NCBI RefSeq assembly: GCF_006345805.1
Contig: NC_043006.1
Coordinates: 91,512,001 to 91,576,000, forward strand
Direction: 5' to 3'
DNA: 64,000 nt
Source of the DNA: Octopus sinensis
Taxonomy: Eukaryota
Below the pieces are notes generated by a model that saw nothing but the letters and a program-made list of their open reading frames with translations, did no database searches and was not told the DNA's origin. The position numbers were made by a program, and so were the translations under genes. Below, one piece after another: positions 53,118 through 63,960 of this stretch. How positions within the stretch are numbered: position 1 is the stretch's first letter; each line of letters starts with the position of its first letter.

Positions 53118-53470
53118 GTTTCAGTCTGGTGGCCATGCTGGGGCACTACCTTGAAGAATGGATTCCTAGTCCAATGAATCGACACCGGCTCTCATTTCTT
53201 TTTATAGAACATGGTACTTAATATATCAGACTATTTTCCCGAACCGCTAGGTTACGGAAACGTAAACACATCAACACTGTTGCCAAGTGGTGGGTGGGTA
53301 CAAACACACACGCACGACGGACTTCTTTTAGTTTCCGTCTACTAAATCCACTCACAATGCTTTGGTCGACTCAAATCTATAGGGTTAGGGTGCCACGCAC
53401 TGGGACTGAACCCAAGACCATGTGGTCGTGATAGCAAGCTTCTAATGACTCAGTCACGTCTGCGCCTACT
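53118..53470 (-). mobile_element. SINE family B
   Basis: ggccatgctggggcactacc..acgacggacttctttt..gggtgccacgcactgggactgaaccc on plus. Confidence 0.78.
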
Positions 53471-53711
53471 CAGGCTACGACGAGTGTAGCATCGATGATA
53501 CAACACAAATGTACAAACTTTCACTTATTGCATCTACGAATAGAAGTCCCGTTGCTCATATTCTAATGGTGCACATGTAGAATTGTATGTTGTAAAGGGG
53601 GAAATGCGGCGTCGTATATTGTAATAAAGCTCATCTAACAGAACCCAATGAAATGGGGCTCATGTATCGCGGAATATCAATTCTAACAGAACTCATGTAG
53701 CGTGGAATATT

Positions 53712-53908
53712 GGTTTTAAATTTTGGCACAAGGTTAGCAATTTAGAAGGAGCGGTCGATTACAACGATCCTAGTATCCAATTGGTGCTTATTTTATCGAC
53801 CCCGAAACTATGAAATGCGGGGTCGACCTCGGTGGAATTTGAATGTAAAGACAGACGAAATTCTTCTAAGCATTTCGCTCGGTCTCATACGATTCTGCCA
53901 GCTCACCA
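53712..53908 (-). mobile_element. SINE family A
   Basis: Reverse complement of the family A pattern. Confidence 0.75.
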
Positions 53909-54374
53909 ACGGGAATATTGCAATATATCTCTTATAGCATCAATATAATAGAGAACACGTGATTTCATAAACCGTCATAGAAAGCATGTAGTTTGGTATC
54001 TCTTGGGGTTTTAAGACTTATTACCAAGCAATCGCAGCACACAGGTCTCACAACATCTTAATGCAACAGAGTGCAATGATGTATAAGCACTGAAATATAC
54101 AGGTTCCCAAATATGCCCATATTTTGGCGAAATGACAGAATGGTTAGCATTGAATAGAATACCTGGTGGTAATCATTCCGGATCTTTACGTCCTCAGTCT
54201 ACATCCCACCGAAGTCAACTTAGTTTGCTATTCTTTCGGGGTCGATAAAATAAAAAAAAAAAACAAGTCAAGTAACTGGTCTTGATTATATCGTCGAGCG
54301 ACAATCCCCGCGAATAGCCTCGTGACTCAATTTGAAACTGCATAGAATTGTGTTAGACATAAATGTAACAAAGT

Positions 54375-54925
54375 ATCTCTCATCGTTCAATTGATTCAGT
54401 CATTGGACCGCGGCCTTGCTGGGGCACTGCTATGGAGGGTTTGAGTAATGCAAATCAAGCTCAGAACTTAGGTCTGGGACTTATTTTATCGATCTCTTGG
54501 TCCAGCTGCTACATCATAGTGTCGCAAACAAACCAATGCCGGTTGCCAAGCTATGTGGGGACAAATACAAACACTACGACACACACACATGAATAGGCAC
54601 ACATGCACACACACGCATGCACACACATGCAGACAAACACACGCACACACATGTACTCGTACACATGCAAACACACACACATGCACATACACACATGCAC
54701 ATACACACATGCACACACATGCATATACACACATGTACACACATATGCATACGCACACATTCACACACGCACACATATGCACACACACATATGCACACAC
54801 ATACATGCATACACATATACGACGAGCTTCCATACAGTTTCCATCTACCGAATGATGGGGCGGCCGGAGGCTATAGCAGAAGACACTTGCTCAAGGTGTC
54901 ACGCAGTGGGATTGAACCCAAAACT
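54375..54925 (-). mobile_element. SINE family B with ~260 bp internal (CA/CAT) expansion
   Basis: The two halves flank a simple-repeat tract at ~54565-54820. Confidence 0.75.
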
Positions 54926-55968
54926 ATTGCCATACCTCTACAAAGAATTTGAACTTGTGGCCCAGAAGTCGTGAAGTTCAATGGGTTTATTTTTTAGCTC
55001 GGCTGAACCGCTTTGGTTTTGTTCTTTATTTCCTTCGTTTATTGAAGAGAAAAATAAGCACGTCGCTAGACAAGTAAAACAGAAATTTTGTGTGAATGGG
55101 AGATAAAGACGGACAGTTTTGGAGTTGAAGAAAGATCTGTGTTTATGGCCTTTAGACGCCTCTGACACCGTTGCGTGTGGTATCCTGGTTGATAGAAAGA
55201 AAGACAAAATCCTGAGCAAGGAAGAAATTCCTGGGAGCCGACGTCGTGGGTGGAAAGGACTTGGGAAGTAACTTGTTGGTGCGCTGATGGCGGTGGGTAG
55301 AGGGGACACTATGCGGATGACAGGAAGAGGAGGTGAGATGAGTGTAGTTGTGAAGGACAGAATAGAAGTTGTTAGCTCCGAGGAGCAGAGGCTGCGATAG
55401 TAGAATAGAAAAACAGGTGGACGAACGGACAAGAGGAAGGTAGCACATTTACAAAAAAAAAAACCCCATAAAAAATATAAAAAGTAAAAAAATAAAAAGA
55501 TTAAAAATTAAAAGAACGAAGAATATCAACTTTTTGAGATTACAACCTTCAACGGTACAAGTTGTTTGTAGATCTGATTCTGACGTGACCTTGCTATTCT
55601 TTGGTTTGCTGAACATTTGGGTTCTCCTTGAACGTTTCAAACTGAATTTTTTGTGCCAAAGGTCTGTCAAGTAAACAAATAAACAAATAGCAACATAAAA
55701 ACAAACCGAAACAAACCTAAAATAAAACAAATGAAAGCAACTCAACAAATGTAATAAGTAAGAGCTTTAACGACAAAACAATGGATGAGGTGAGGCTGTA
55801 AAATTGCTTGTAAGCTAAATTTTATGACGATATAAATCTGCAAAACTATATTTTTATGTGTATTGAAGAGAAATATAAGCACATCGCTAGACAAGTAAAA
55901 CAGAAATTGTGTGTGATGGGAGATAAAGACGGACAGCGAAATTATGGAGTGATAGAGAGAGAAAGGAA

Positions 55969-56003
<35 letters not shown>

Positions 56004-56178
56004 AAGGGTAAGAAAGAAGAGATAAAAAGATTGGAATGGTCGAGTGAAATACTGAAGAACAAGGCATTAAAAATAAGATACATAAATAGAAATAGATAAA
56101 GGGGATAGAGAGGGGTTTAGATAAAGAGATAGATATATAGATATATAGATATATAGATAGATAGATAGATTGATAGAT

Positions 56179-56210
<32 letters not shown>

Positions 56211-56216
<6 letters not shown>

Positions 56217-56564
56217 AAAAGACAAAAGTAGAAAAATATTTTTATTTGCATTTGCTTCTTTCTATTAACATAAGGATGTGTAAGTGCATGTATATGGTTT
56301 TTGATTTATCTGTTTGTGTGTGTGTGTGAGTAATTTGTGTGTATGTGTTTGTGTCTGAGTTGGTTGCGTGTGTTTGTGGTGTTTGAACTTTAACAACTAT
56401 TTTATTCTTGCTTTGGCATTACTATGGTGGCCATGTTATTTCATTCTTTCTTTCTCCTGAGGCTGTGCATGCGGTTTCGGAAGCCATGTATGCATACATC
56501 CTCTGTAACCTGTCGGAGTAGTCGACAGTGAAACAAAGAGGATAATTGATAAATACAGAGAGAA

Positions 56565-56617
<53 letters not shown>

Positions 56618-56969
56618 AGAAAAAGACAAAAGTAGAAAAATATTTTTATTTGCATTTGCTTCTTTCTATTAACATAAGGATGTGTAAGTGCATGTATATG
56701 GTTTTTGATTTATCTGTTTGTGTGTGTGTGTGAGTAATTTGTGTGTATGTGTTTGTGTCTGAGTTGGTTGCGTGTGTTTGTGGTGTTTGAACTTTAACAA
56801 CTATTTTATTCTTGCTTTGGCATTACTATGGTGGCCATGTTATTTCATTCTTTCTTTCTCCTGAGGCTGTGCATGCGGTTTCGGAAGCCATGTATGCATA
56901 CATCCTCTGTAACCTGTCGGAGTAGTCGACAGTGAAACAAAGAGGATAATTGATAAATACAGAGAGAAA

Positions 56970-57010
<41 letters not shown>
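56211..57010. repeat. Tandem duplication, period 404 bp
   Basis: The unit starting gacaaaagtagaaaaatattttt at 56221 recurs at 56625. I saw no differences in the unique portion; junctions lie in (GA)n. Confidence 0.95.
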
Positions 57011-57015
<5 letters not shown>

Positions 57016-57469
57016 CAACCGATAGACAGACAGATAGATAAATAAATAAGGCGAAAGCGAGAAAGATATAGTGGATGAGAGACTCTAAAATTGGTGATGT
57101 ATAAGGCTCTTATAGTTGCTGTTAGCTTCCAGCCCCTGCTCAGGTCTGATTGAGCTAACTTAGGACCCAAGCGTCCCGCCTATGACAATATGCTCTCTGT
57201 TTTAAGTGTATGTAAAACTACATTATGTTGTCAATGTGGCTTCCTATTAATTTGTATAATACGATAGGATGGGTTTTACAGGATAACTGCTATTTCTAGC
57301 AGTTTTAGTAACCATATTGGAGTACTCTATATGTGCGTCATTTGTGGAATGTTAATTAAGTCAAGCGAGATTCGAAACTTGATCCTTCTTTCGACAGCAG
57401 AGAACGTTTTCTGTCGACTGACCGACCCGCTCGAAATAGCAGTTCATTTTCCTTATCGCATAGAGCATA

Positions 57470-57660
57470 TTGGCTTCAAATTTTGGCAGGTCAGCATTTA
57501 CGGAGCAGTGGGGTGAATCGATTCTATCGATCCCAGTGTTCAACTGCTACTTATTTTATGCAGCCCCTCGAAAGAATGAAAGGAAATGTCAATCTTGAAC
57601 TCAGAACACATAAATTCGGAATAATTGTCGCTAAGCATTTTTCGCGTCGCTCTAAACCGG
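57470..57660 (-). mobile_element. SINE family A, diverged
   Basis: ggcttcaaattttggcagg..gaaagaatgaaagg..gaactcagaac..gctaagcattt on plus. Confidence 0.68.
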
Positions 57661-58096
57661 CCGTCTTTATCGCACACACCATGTTACCGTCTAAAAAGCA
57701 GGACATATCAGATACTGTTGTTCTAGAAACTCTATACCTAATGAAAAAAAATTAAATACGGAATGAGGACAGCTGAGTCGCCTTTAATCAAGGGAGACCT
57801 GGGGGCAAAGCAACTACAACAACAACAATGATAAAACCCCCCCAGTTAAAATAACAATAGCAACGGTTAATTCCTACCAATGAATTGATACGAATTGATA
57901 TTCTTGTATTCGTTTAGTTATTTCAGTCATTGGGTGTGGTCATGCAGGGTTGGCACCTAGAACGGTTTTGTCGACCAAATTGACTTTAATATTTACTGTA
58001 TTCCTTTTGCCGAAGTTATTGAGAAATTAATAAACCAAGACAAATACAATGAAGCGCGCACACATACACACGCACATATGTACATATGCAATATAT

Positions 58097-58162
<66 letters not shown>

Positions 58163-58191
58163 GATACATACATACATACATACATACATAC

Positions 58192-58258
<67 letters not shown>

Positions 58259-58402
58259 AGTGATTGAAGAAATGGAGTTGAACGAAGATTGAACAGAAAT
58301 CTGTTTTTAATCTGCAACAAGATTATTCATCTTTCTATTTCACAATATATATATATATATTATATATATATATATATTATATATATATATATAATATATA
58401 TA

Positions 58403-58768
58403 ACATTATATATAGGGCTTAGTAAAATAAATTACTTTGCCACATACTGAACTCATTAGAAATAGCAGCTAAAGAATTTCTTCAGCTATTTCTAATACTT
58501 AAAGAAGATCTCTCTCAGATAGTGTTTGCCTAAACTAACTCACAAAAGTATGGGGGAAAAAACATTAAAAAATCAAGTGTAAACCTTTGCACTTGATTTT
58601 TTAATGTTTTTTCCCCCATACTTTTGTGAGTTAGTTTAGGCAAACACTATCTGAGAGAGATCTTCTTTAAGTATTAGAAATAGCTGAAGAAATTTCTTTA
58701 GCTGCTATTTCTAATGAGTTCAGTATGTGGCAAAGTAATTTATTTTACTAAGCCCTTATATATAATGT
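58403..58768. repeat. Near-perfect palindrome (arms ~180 bp, centre 58584-58585) between (TA)n tracts
   Basis: gggcttagtaaaataaattactttgcc..aaatcaagtgtaaa|cc|tttgcacttgattt..ggcaaagtaatttattttactaagccc. Confidence 0.93.
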
Positions 58769-58856
58769 AATATTTGAATCGCCTATAATGGTCCCTTACA
58801 TACTGAATACTTGGTGAAATTGATTAATAATTAATTAATTTTACCCTCAATTGTTG

Positions 58857-58902
<46 letters not shown>

Positions 58903-58905
<3 letters not shown>

Positions 58906-59420
58906 GGAATTTATAGAAAAACAAGAGACGAAGACAGGTGTATAAACAACAAACAGGTGTATTAGTTTAACGCTTGGGAAGGCGAGAAAATCTTTTACGT
59001 TTCGAGCCTACGCTCTTCGACAGAAAGGAACACGAGGAAATAAACAGAGAGAATAAAAATAGAGAACAGAGTGAGAGAGCGCGAGATAGATAGAGATAGA
59101 TAAATAGATAGATAGATAGAGAGAGAGAGAGAATAAAAAACCTTTTGGAGCTAGCGGTCAATCATGGCGGCTGTGCATAGGAAGGTGACTGAGAGGAGAA
59201 GATGGAATAAGCGAAAGGGAGAAGGCGGTCGATGGTGTGTGATTTGGAGAGATTGGAACGAATGATGGCGCGCATAAGGTGGTAGGAAGTAGTAAGGAGT
59301 ATGGGTAGGATGGCTGAAGCAGAGTGGAGAGTGGGGTGGAAATGGAGGTGGAAACCTTTGGGAAGAAGGCGGTGGTGGGGGCAGCGACTAGGAAATGAAA
59401 CGTGGCTAGAGAACTGTGTT
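58903..59420 (-). mobile_element. Internally deleted PLE-like element: ORF N-terminal fragment, hammerhead-like terminal unit, ending at (TA)n
   Basis: Minus 59410-59200 gives HVSFPSRCPHHRLLPKGFHLHF, like the PLE N-terminal HxxFLxRC..LIPKGF motif. The terminal unit is shared with 26455-26575. Confidence 0.55.
58992..59027 (-). ncRNA. Putative minimal hammerhead with atypical CUGUCGA core
   Basis: CUUU CUGUCGA A GAGC-GUAG-GCUC GAAA C GUA AAAG: 4-bp stem I, 4-bp stem II, GUA triplet. Confidence 0.55.
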
Positions 59421-60181
59421 TTTTGTAAATTAGTAGGGAAAGATTAATAGAAGGTTGAAAGCAACGGAAAGGAAGTGTGGAAAGGTGCTTTCAGTGTTCC
59501 TGTCTACTATAGGCATTGGTCAACTTCAAGCTACAATAGGAGACATTTGCTTAAGGGGCCATAAGTGAGATTGAACCTGTTTGTGAAGGAAATTTCCGAA
59601 CCACGCAAAATTGTCTGCGCCTTTATTATCAAAATTCAGTGACACTCTCAAAAGCATAGATTGAATGTATTTTTGGATTATTATTGTTCATGTGTATTGG
59701 TGAAAAGTGTTTTAATACTTACCTCTGTACTACGTATTAATCGGCTTGATTTCCAATCATCATTCAGTGTCTTACTGTTGGATACGTACGTAATATATAT
59801 ATTGATCCGAACAAAGACTCTTCTGAAAACAGGTTAATAATGTTTAGTTTTGAAAAACTCACACAAAGTCGCTGAAAAATTGTATTTTTGCTGTAAATGA
59901 AAATGTCACTTAAACTTTAATTAGTTATCGTGTCCAAAGCAGACACTCGGTTAATGTGAATTGTATCAAGATGTCAGAATGTTGGAGCCCAACCAGCTCT
60001 CCTTGGCTATTAATATCAGTTGGAGGGTGTGTATACAAAGAGAAAGTGAAAAGAAATTCTTCCTGCATCATAAACTGAGTTTACAATAACTTGCGCGTCC
60101 AGTTATCAAGAGAATAATCAATAGATTACAAACAAAAAAAAACCACTTCTGCCGTATCGTGTTTCTAATGTCTGGGAGGAT

Positions 60182-60295
60182 ATTATTTACATTATGTACG
60201 TTATTTACATTTGACATATATTTGTCCTCATCTTGTTTGTTGTTAACACAACATTTCGGCTGATATACCCTCAACCTTCATCAGGTGTCTTGGGG
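60182..60295 (-). mobile_element. Inverted hammerhead unit at the 5' end of the composite element
   Basis: Reverse complement of ccccaagacacctgatgaaggttgagggtatatcagccgaaatgttgtgttaac.., with point changes in the stems. Confidence 0.82.
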
Positions 60296-60312
60296 CACTA
60301 CGCCATATCCTC

Positions 60313-60383
60313 ATAGGGCGCAGTGGGTAAGAGCGCGGGCTACTAACTCCAAGATCCTGTGTTCGATTCCAGGCAGTGACCCG
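60313..60383 (+). mobile_element. tRNA-like Pol III head, second copy
   Basis: Homologous to 12017-12087 (gggcgcagtgggtaagagcgcgggctactaactccaagatcctgtgttcgattccaggcagtgacccg), followed by (AAT)n at 60384-60454. Confidence 0.8.
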
Positions 60384-60416
60384 AATAATAATAATATAAT
60401 AATAATAATAATAATA

Positions 60417-60447
<31 letters not shown>

Positions 60448-60454
60448 AATAATA

Positions 60455-62937
60455 TTGGTCGGCGAACGAACAACCAAAAAAAAAGGAGTATCAAAATAAC
60501 AAACTCGGCATCTGAACAACTTTGGACCCCCATAACAACTGAAGAGGTCACCCAGGCACTGCAAAGACTAAGCAACTGGAAGGCAACTGGGCATGACAAG
60601 ATCCCCAACTTCTGGTTGAAATATCTAACAGGAATGCACAAAAAGCTGGCTGAAAACTTTAATAACATACTAGCAGAGCCAGAGACAATGCCTGAATGGC
60701 TCACGAAGGGGAAAACCATCTTAATTCCCAAATCAAATGAGACAGCAAAACCAGAAAACTACAGACCAATAACCTGCCTCCCTACAATGTTCAAGGCATT
60801 TACTGCAGTGATATCGCAAAGGTTGAACTAGCACCTGGACGAAAACAAACTGTTCCCAGGAGAGCAGAAAGGATGCCGCAAAGGCTCATATGGCTGTAAA
60901 GATCAACTAATGATTAATAAAGCCATAACTGAAGACAGCCACAGAAAGAAGAAAGGCCTCATTATGGCCTGGATTGACTACAAAAAGGCGTTTGATAGCA
61001 TCCCCCACACATGGATCCTCGAAACACTAGCCATTAACAAAGTAGCACCAACAATCATAAAATTCATAGAGCACTCTATGAATAAATGGCAAACAGTCCT
61101 ACACCTCCAAACAAAAGAGGGACTCATGAAAACCAAAGACATCCCCATTAGAAGAGGAATATTCCAGGGAGACACGCTCTCTCCACTCCTTTTCTGCTTG
61201 GCACTGTCACCTCTATCTGATATACTAAATAGAACTGGATGCGGATATAAATGTTACGGCAAAACGATCAGCCACCTTTTATATATGGATGACCTAAAAC
61301 TATACGCTCAAATGACAAACAGCTGGAAACACTATTAAATACAGTTCATGGATTTACCAAAGAAATAAATATGAAATTTGGATTAGAAAAATGCGCCAAA
61401 GTAACCATGAAAAGAGGAAAACTAGTTAAGAGTAGCAACATCACACTAGATAAAACCAATGAAATAAAAGAATTAGACCAAAGCCAAACTTACAAATACT
61501 TAGGAATCCATGAACTAGATAAGACACAACACAAACAAATGAAAGAGAAAATAAAAAAAGAATATTATAGACGAGTTAGATCAATACTAAAAACAGAGCT
61601 CAATGCTAAAAACAAGATAATAGGTATTAACACTTTAGCTGTCCCAGTTATAAGTTACAGCTACAATATTCTTAACTGGACACGAAATGAACTGACCAAA
61701 ATAGATAGGAAAACAAGAAAAATAATGACAGGATCTAGGATGCATCACCCAAAATCTGACATAGAAGGACTATATATACAACGTATAGAAGGTGGTAGAG
61801 GCCTTATACAACTGGAAAACTACTATAAAATAACCACCATAGGACTGCAAAAATATCTACTTCAGAAGGAAGGAAAACTGATACAAATAGCGGCAAAACA
61901 CGAGCAAAACAAAAAACTGTTCTCAGTATTTAAGGAAGCTGACAAATACAACAAGAAATCATACCACCTAATAAATATGAAGAAGAAGAAGAAGAAGATG
62001 AAGAAACAACAAAAGCTACAAAACAAATGAAATCCAAACTAAAAATAGAACAGCAACGAACCATGATAAAACGATGGCAAGAAAGGCCCCTTCATGGTAA
62101 ATACTGGACTAAACTAAACGCAAAAGAAATAGACAAAGAAAAATCCCAGCAATGGTTGAGAAGCTCAGGACTCAAAGCAGAAACAGAGGGATTTTTAATT
62201 GCAGCACAAGACCAAAGCCTCCCCACCAGAAATTACCAAAAACATGTAATGAAAAGAAATATAACAAGTAACTGCAGAATATGTGGAGATGGACAAGAAA
62301 CAATAAATCATATTATCTCTAGCTGCCCAGTCCTGGCTAAGAAGGAATATATTCACAGACATGACAGAGTTAGAACCTACATACATTGGAAGCTATGCCA
62401 ACATTATGGAATAACAACAGAAAAAAAATGGTATAGGCACACACCAGAAAAGGTCACAGAAAACGAGAAAGCAACCATACTCTGGGATATGCCGATACAC
62501 ACAGATAGAAAAATTAAGGCCAACAGGCCAGATATAGTTGTCAGAGATCATGAAGACAAAAAAATGCTTTCTAATTGATGTATCAATACCGGCAGATGAC
62601 AACGTGTCTCTAAAAGAAATGGAGAAACTCTCAAAATACAAAGACCTGGAAATAGAGGTAACCAGAATGTGGAATCTGAAAACAGAAACAATTCCTATCA
62701 TAGTAGGTGCATTAGGCATGATAAAAAAATATTCAGACAAATACATAACAAAAACACCAGGACTTACAAACACATATAACATACAGAAAATTGCACTACT
62801 AGGCACTGCACACATCCTACGCAGAACACTTTCCATACAATAACTATCATAACATCACAACAAATCACAACACATACCCAAGGCACACAGAGCTGCGCTC
62901 GGTAGTGAAGTGAAAGCACGCTATAAAAATAAAACTA

Positions 62938-62940
<3 letters not shown>
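60455..62940 (+). mobile_element. R4/Dong-clade non-LTR retrotransposon, 5'-truncated, within an (AAT)n tract
   Basis: RT-CCHC-REL coding region, ~100 bp 3' UTR, and (AAT)n on both flanks (60384-60454 and 62941-62988). Confidence 0.93.
60514..62843 (+). pseudogene. R4/Dong ORF: reverse transcriptase, CCHC knuckle, REL endonuclease; disrupted
   Basis: NWKATGHDKIPNFWLK, NYRPITCLPT, WIDYKKAFDSIPH, RGIFQGDTLSPLLF, HLLYMDDLKLY, YKYLGI, CRICGDGQETINHIISSC, NRPDIVV..LIDVSIP..KLSKYKDL. Stop at 60829-60831 and frameshifts near 61320, 62030 and 62560. Confidence 0.93.
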
Positions 62941-62989
<49 letters not shown>

Positions 62990-63173
62990 GCATCGAAAAA
63001 TACCTTAGGAATGAGAACTCAGGTTCGAAATTTTCCCAAGACACCTGATGACGGCTGGAGGTTATATTAGCTGAATCGTTGTGTTAACAACAAACAAGAT
63101 GAGGACAAATATCCGTCAATTCTAAATAATGTAAATAATGTACATAATTCCTTTTCTCTTAAGTATAGAACTG
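62990..63173 (+). mobile_element. Hammerhead unit, first tandem copy (core mutated GAAA>GAAT)
   Basis: catcgaaaaataccttaggaatgagaactcaggttcgaaattttcccaagacacctgatgacggctgg..gaactg. Confidence 0.85.
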
Positions 63174-63188
63174 GAATAATAATGATGG

Positions 63189-63219
<31 letters not shown>

Positions 63220-63227
63220 AATGACAA

Positions 63228-63413
63228 CATCGAAAAATACCTTAGGAATGAGAACCCAGGTTCGAAATTTCCCCAAGACACCTGATGAAGGCTGGAGAGT
63301 ATATCAGCCGAAACGTTGTGCTAACAACAAACAAGATGAGGACAAATATCCGTCAAATGTAAATAATGTGAATAATTTAAATAATGTACATAATTCCTCA
63401 TCTCTTAGAACTG
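63228..63413 (+). mobile_element. Hammerhead unit, second tandem copy
   Basis: Direct repeat of 62990-63173 after an (AAT/GAT)n spacer. Confidence 0.87.
63277..63322 (+). ncRNA. Putative minimal type I hammerhead ribozyme
   Basis: GACAC (63277-81), CUGAUGA (63282-88), A, GGCUG..CAGCC (63290-63309), GAAA (63310-13), C, GUU (63315-17), GUGCU. Confidence 0.68.
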
Positions 63414-63960
63414 TATTGTCTGGAAGGCTAATCCGAATAATTAAGTTACAAGTAGCTATGGACACAAACTTTTGCAATATTTACAAACGTACATAAATAA
63501 ATCCTTTATGGCTTAACCTGTTTTTAGACAAAGCGTAACTCCCCAACATAGTATCTAATTTCTTGACTGAAATCAGACAGCATTTACCACATAGCCACAA
63601 ATACCAGAAGCTTTTTAATGAGAACGGTACTACAGTCAGCTTCGACTGCACTGAGAATATTTGAGGCATAATGCATAAAATAAGGAGAAAGAACGGTACA
63701 CATGGTAAGCAAATACAAACTGACAATGTACCATTCCAGTCACTAAATGAAAAAATGCCGAATCTTATAGAAAGATTTAACCGAAAAATATTTCATAGAA
63801 TCAACAGATGGTAGATTTACGGAAAGTTAAACAATCTTTAAGAGAACACAGCAAAATATCTCTTCCAATATATCTGGAAAGTGAATGAAGAAAAATAAAA
63901 ATATCCACTCTCGAAACTGACCTCTTCCATTATCTTACTGTCAATGATTATTGTTTACTG
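63414..63960 (+). mobile_element. Degenerate PLE relic (RT C-terminal region to GIY-YIG)
   Basis: WLNLFLDKA*LPNIVSNFLTEIRQHLPHSHKYQKLFNENGTTVSFDCTENI parallels the PLE WFNPPFS..HFP..KIFN..SYSC motif; later FIESTDGRF and FQYIWKV. Confidence 0.7.

Noticed and set aside
62990-63413. CRISPR-like repeat-spacer arrangement
   Set aside because: Only two ~185-bp units separated by microsatellite, in a eukaryotic context with no cas genes.
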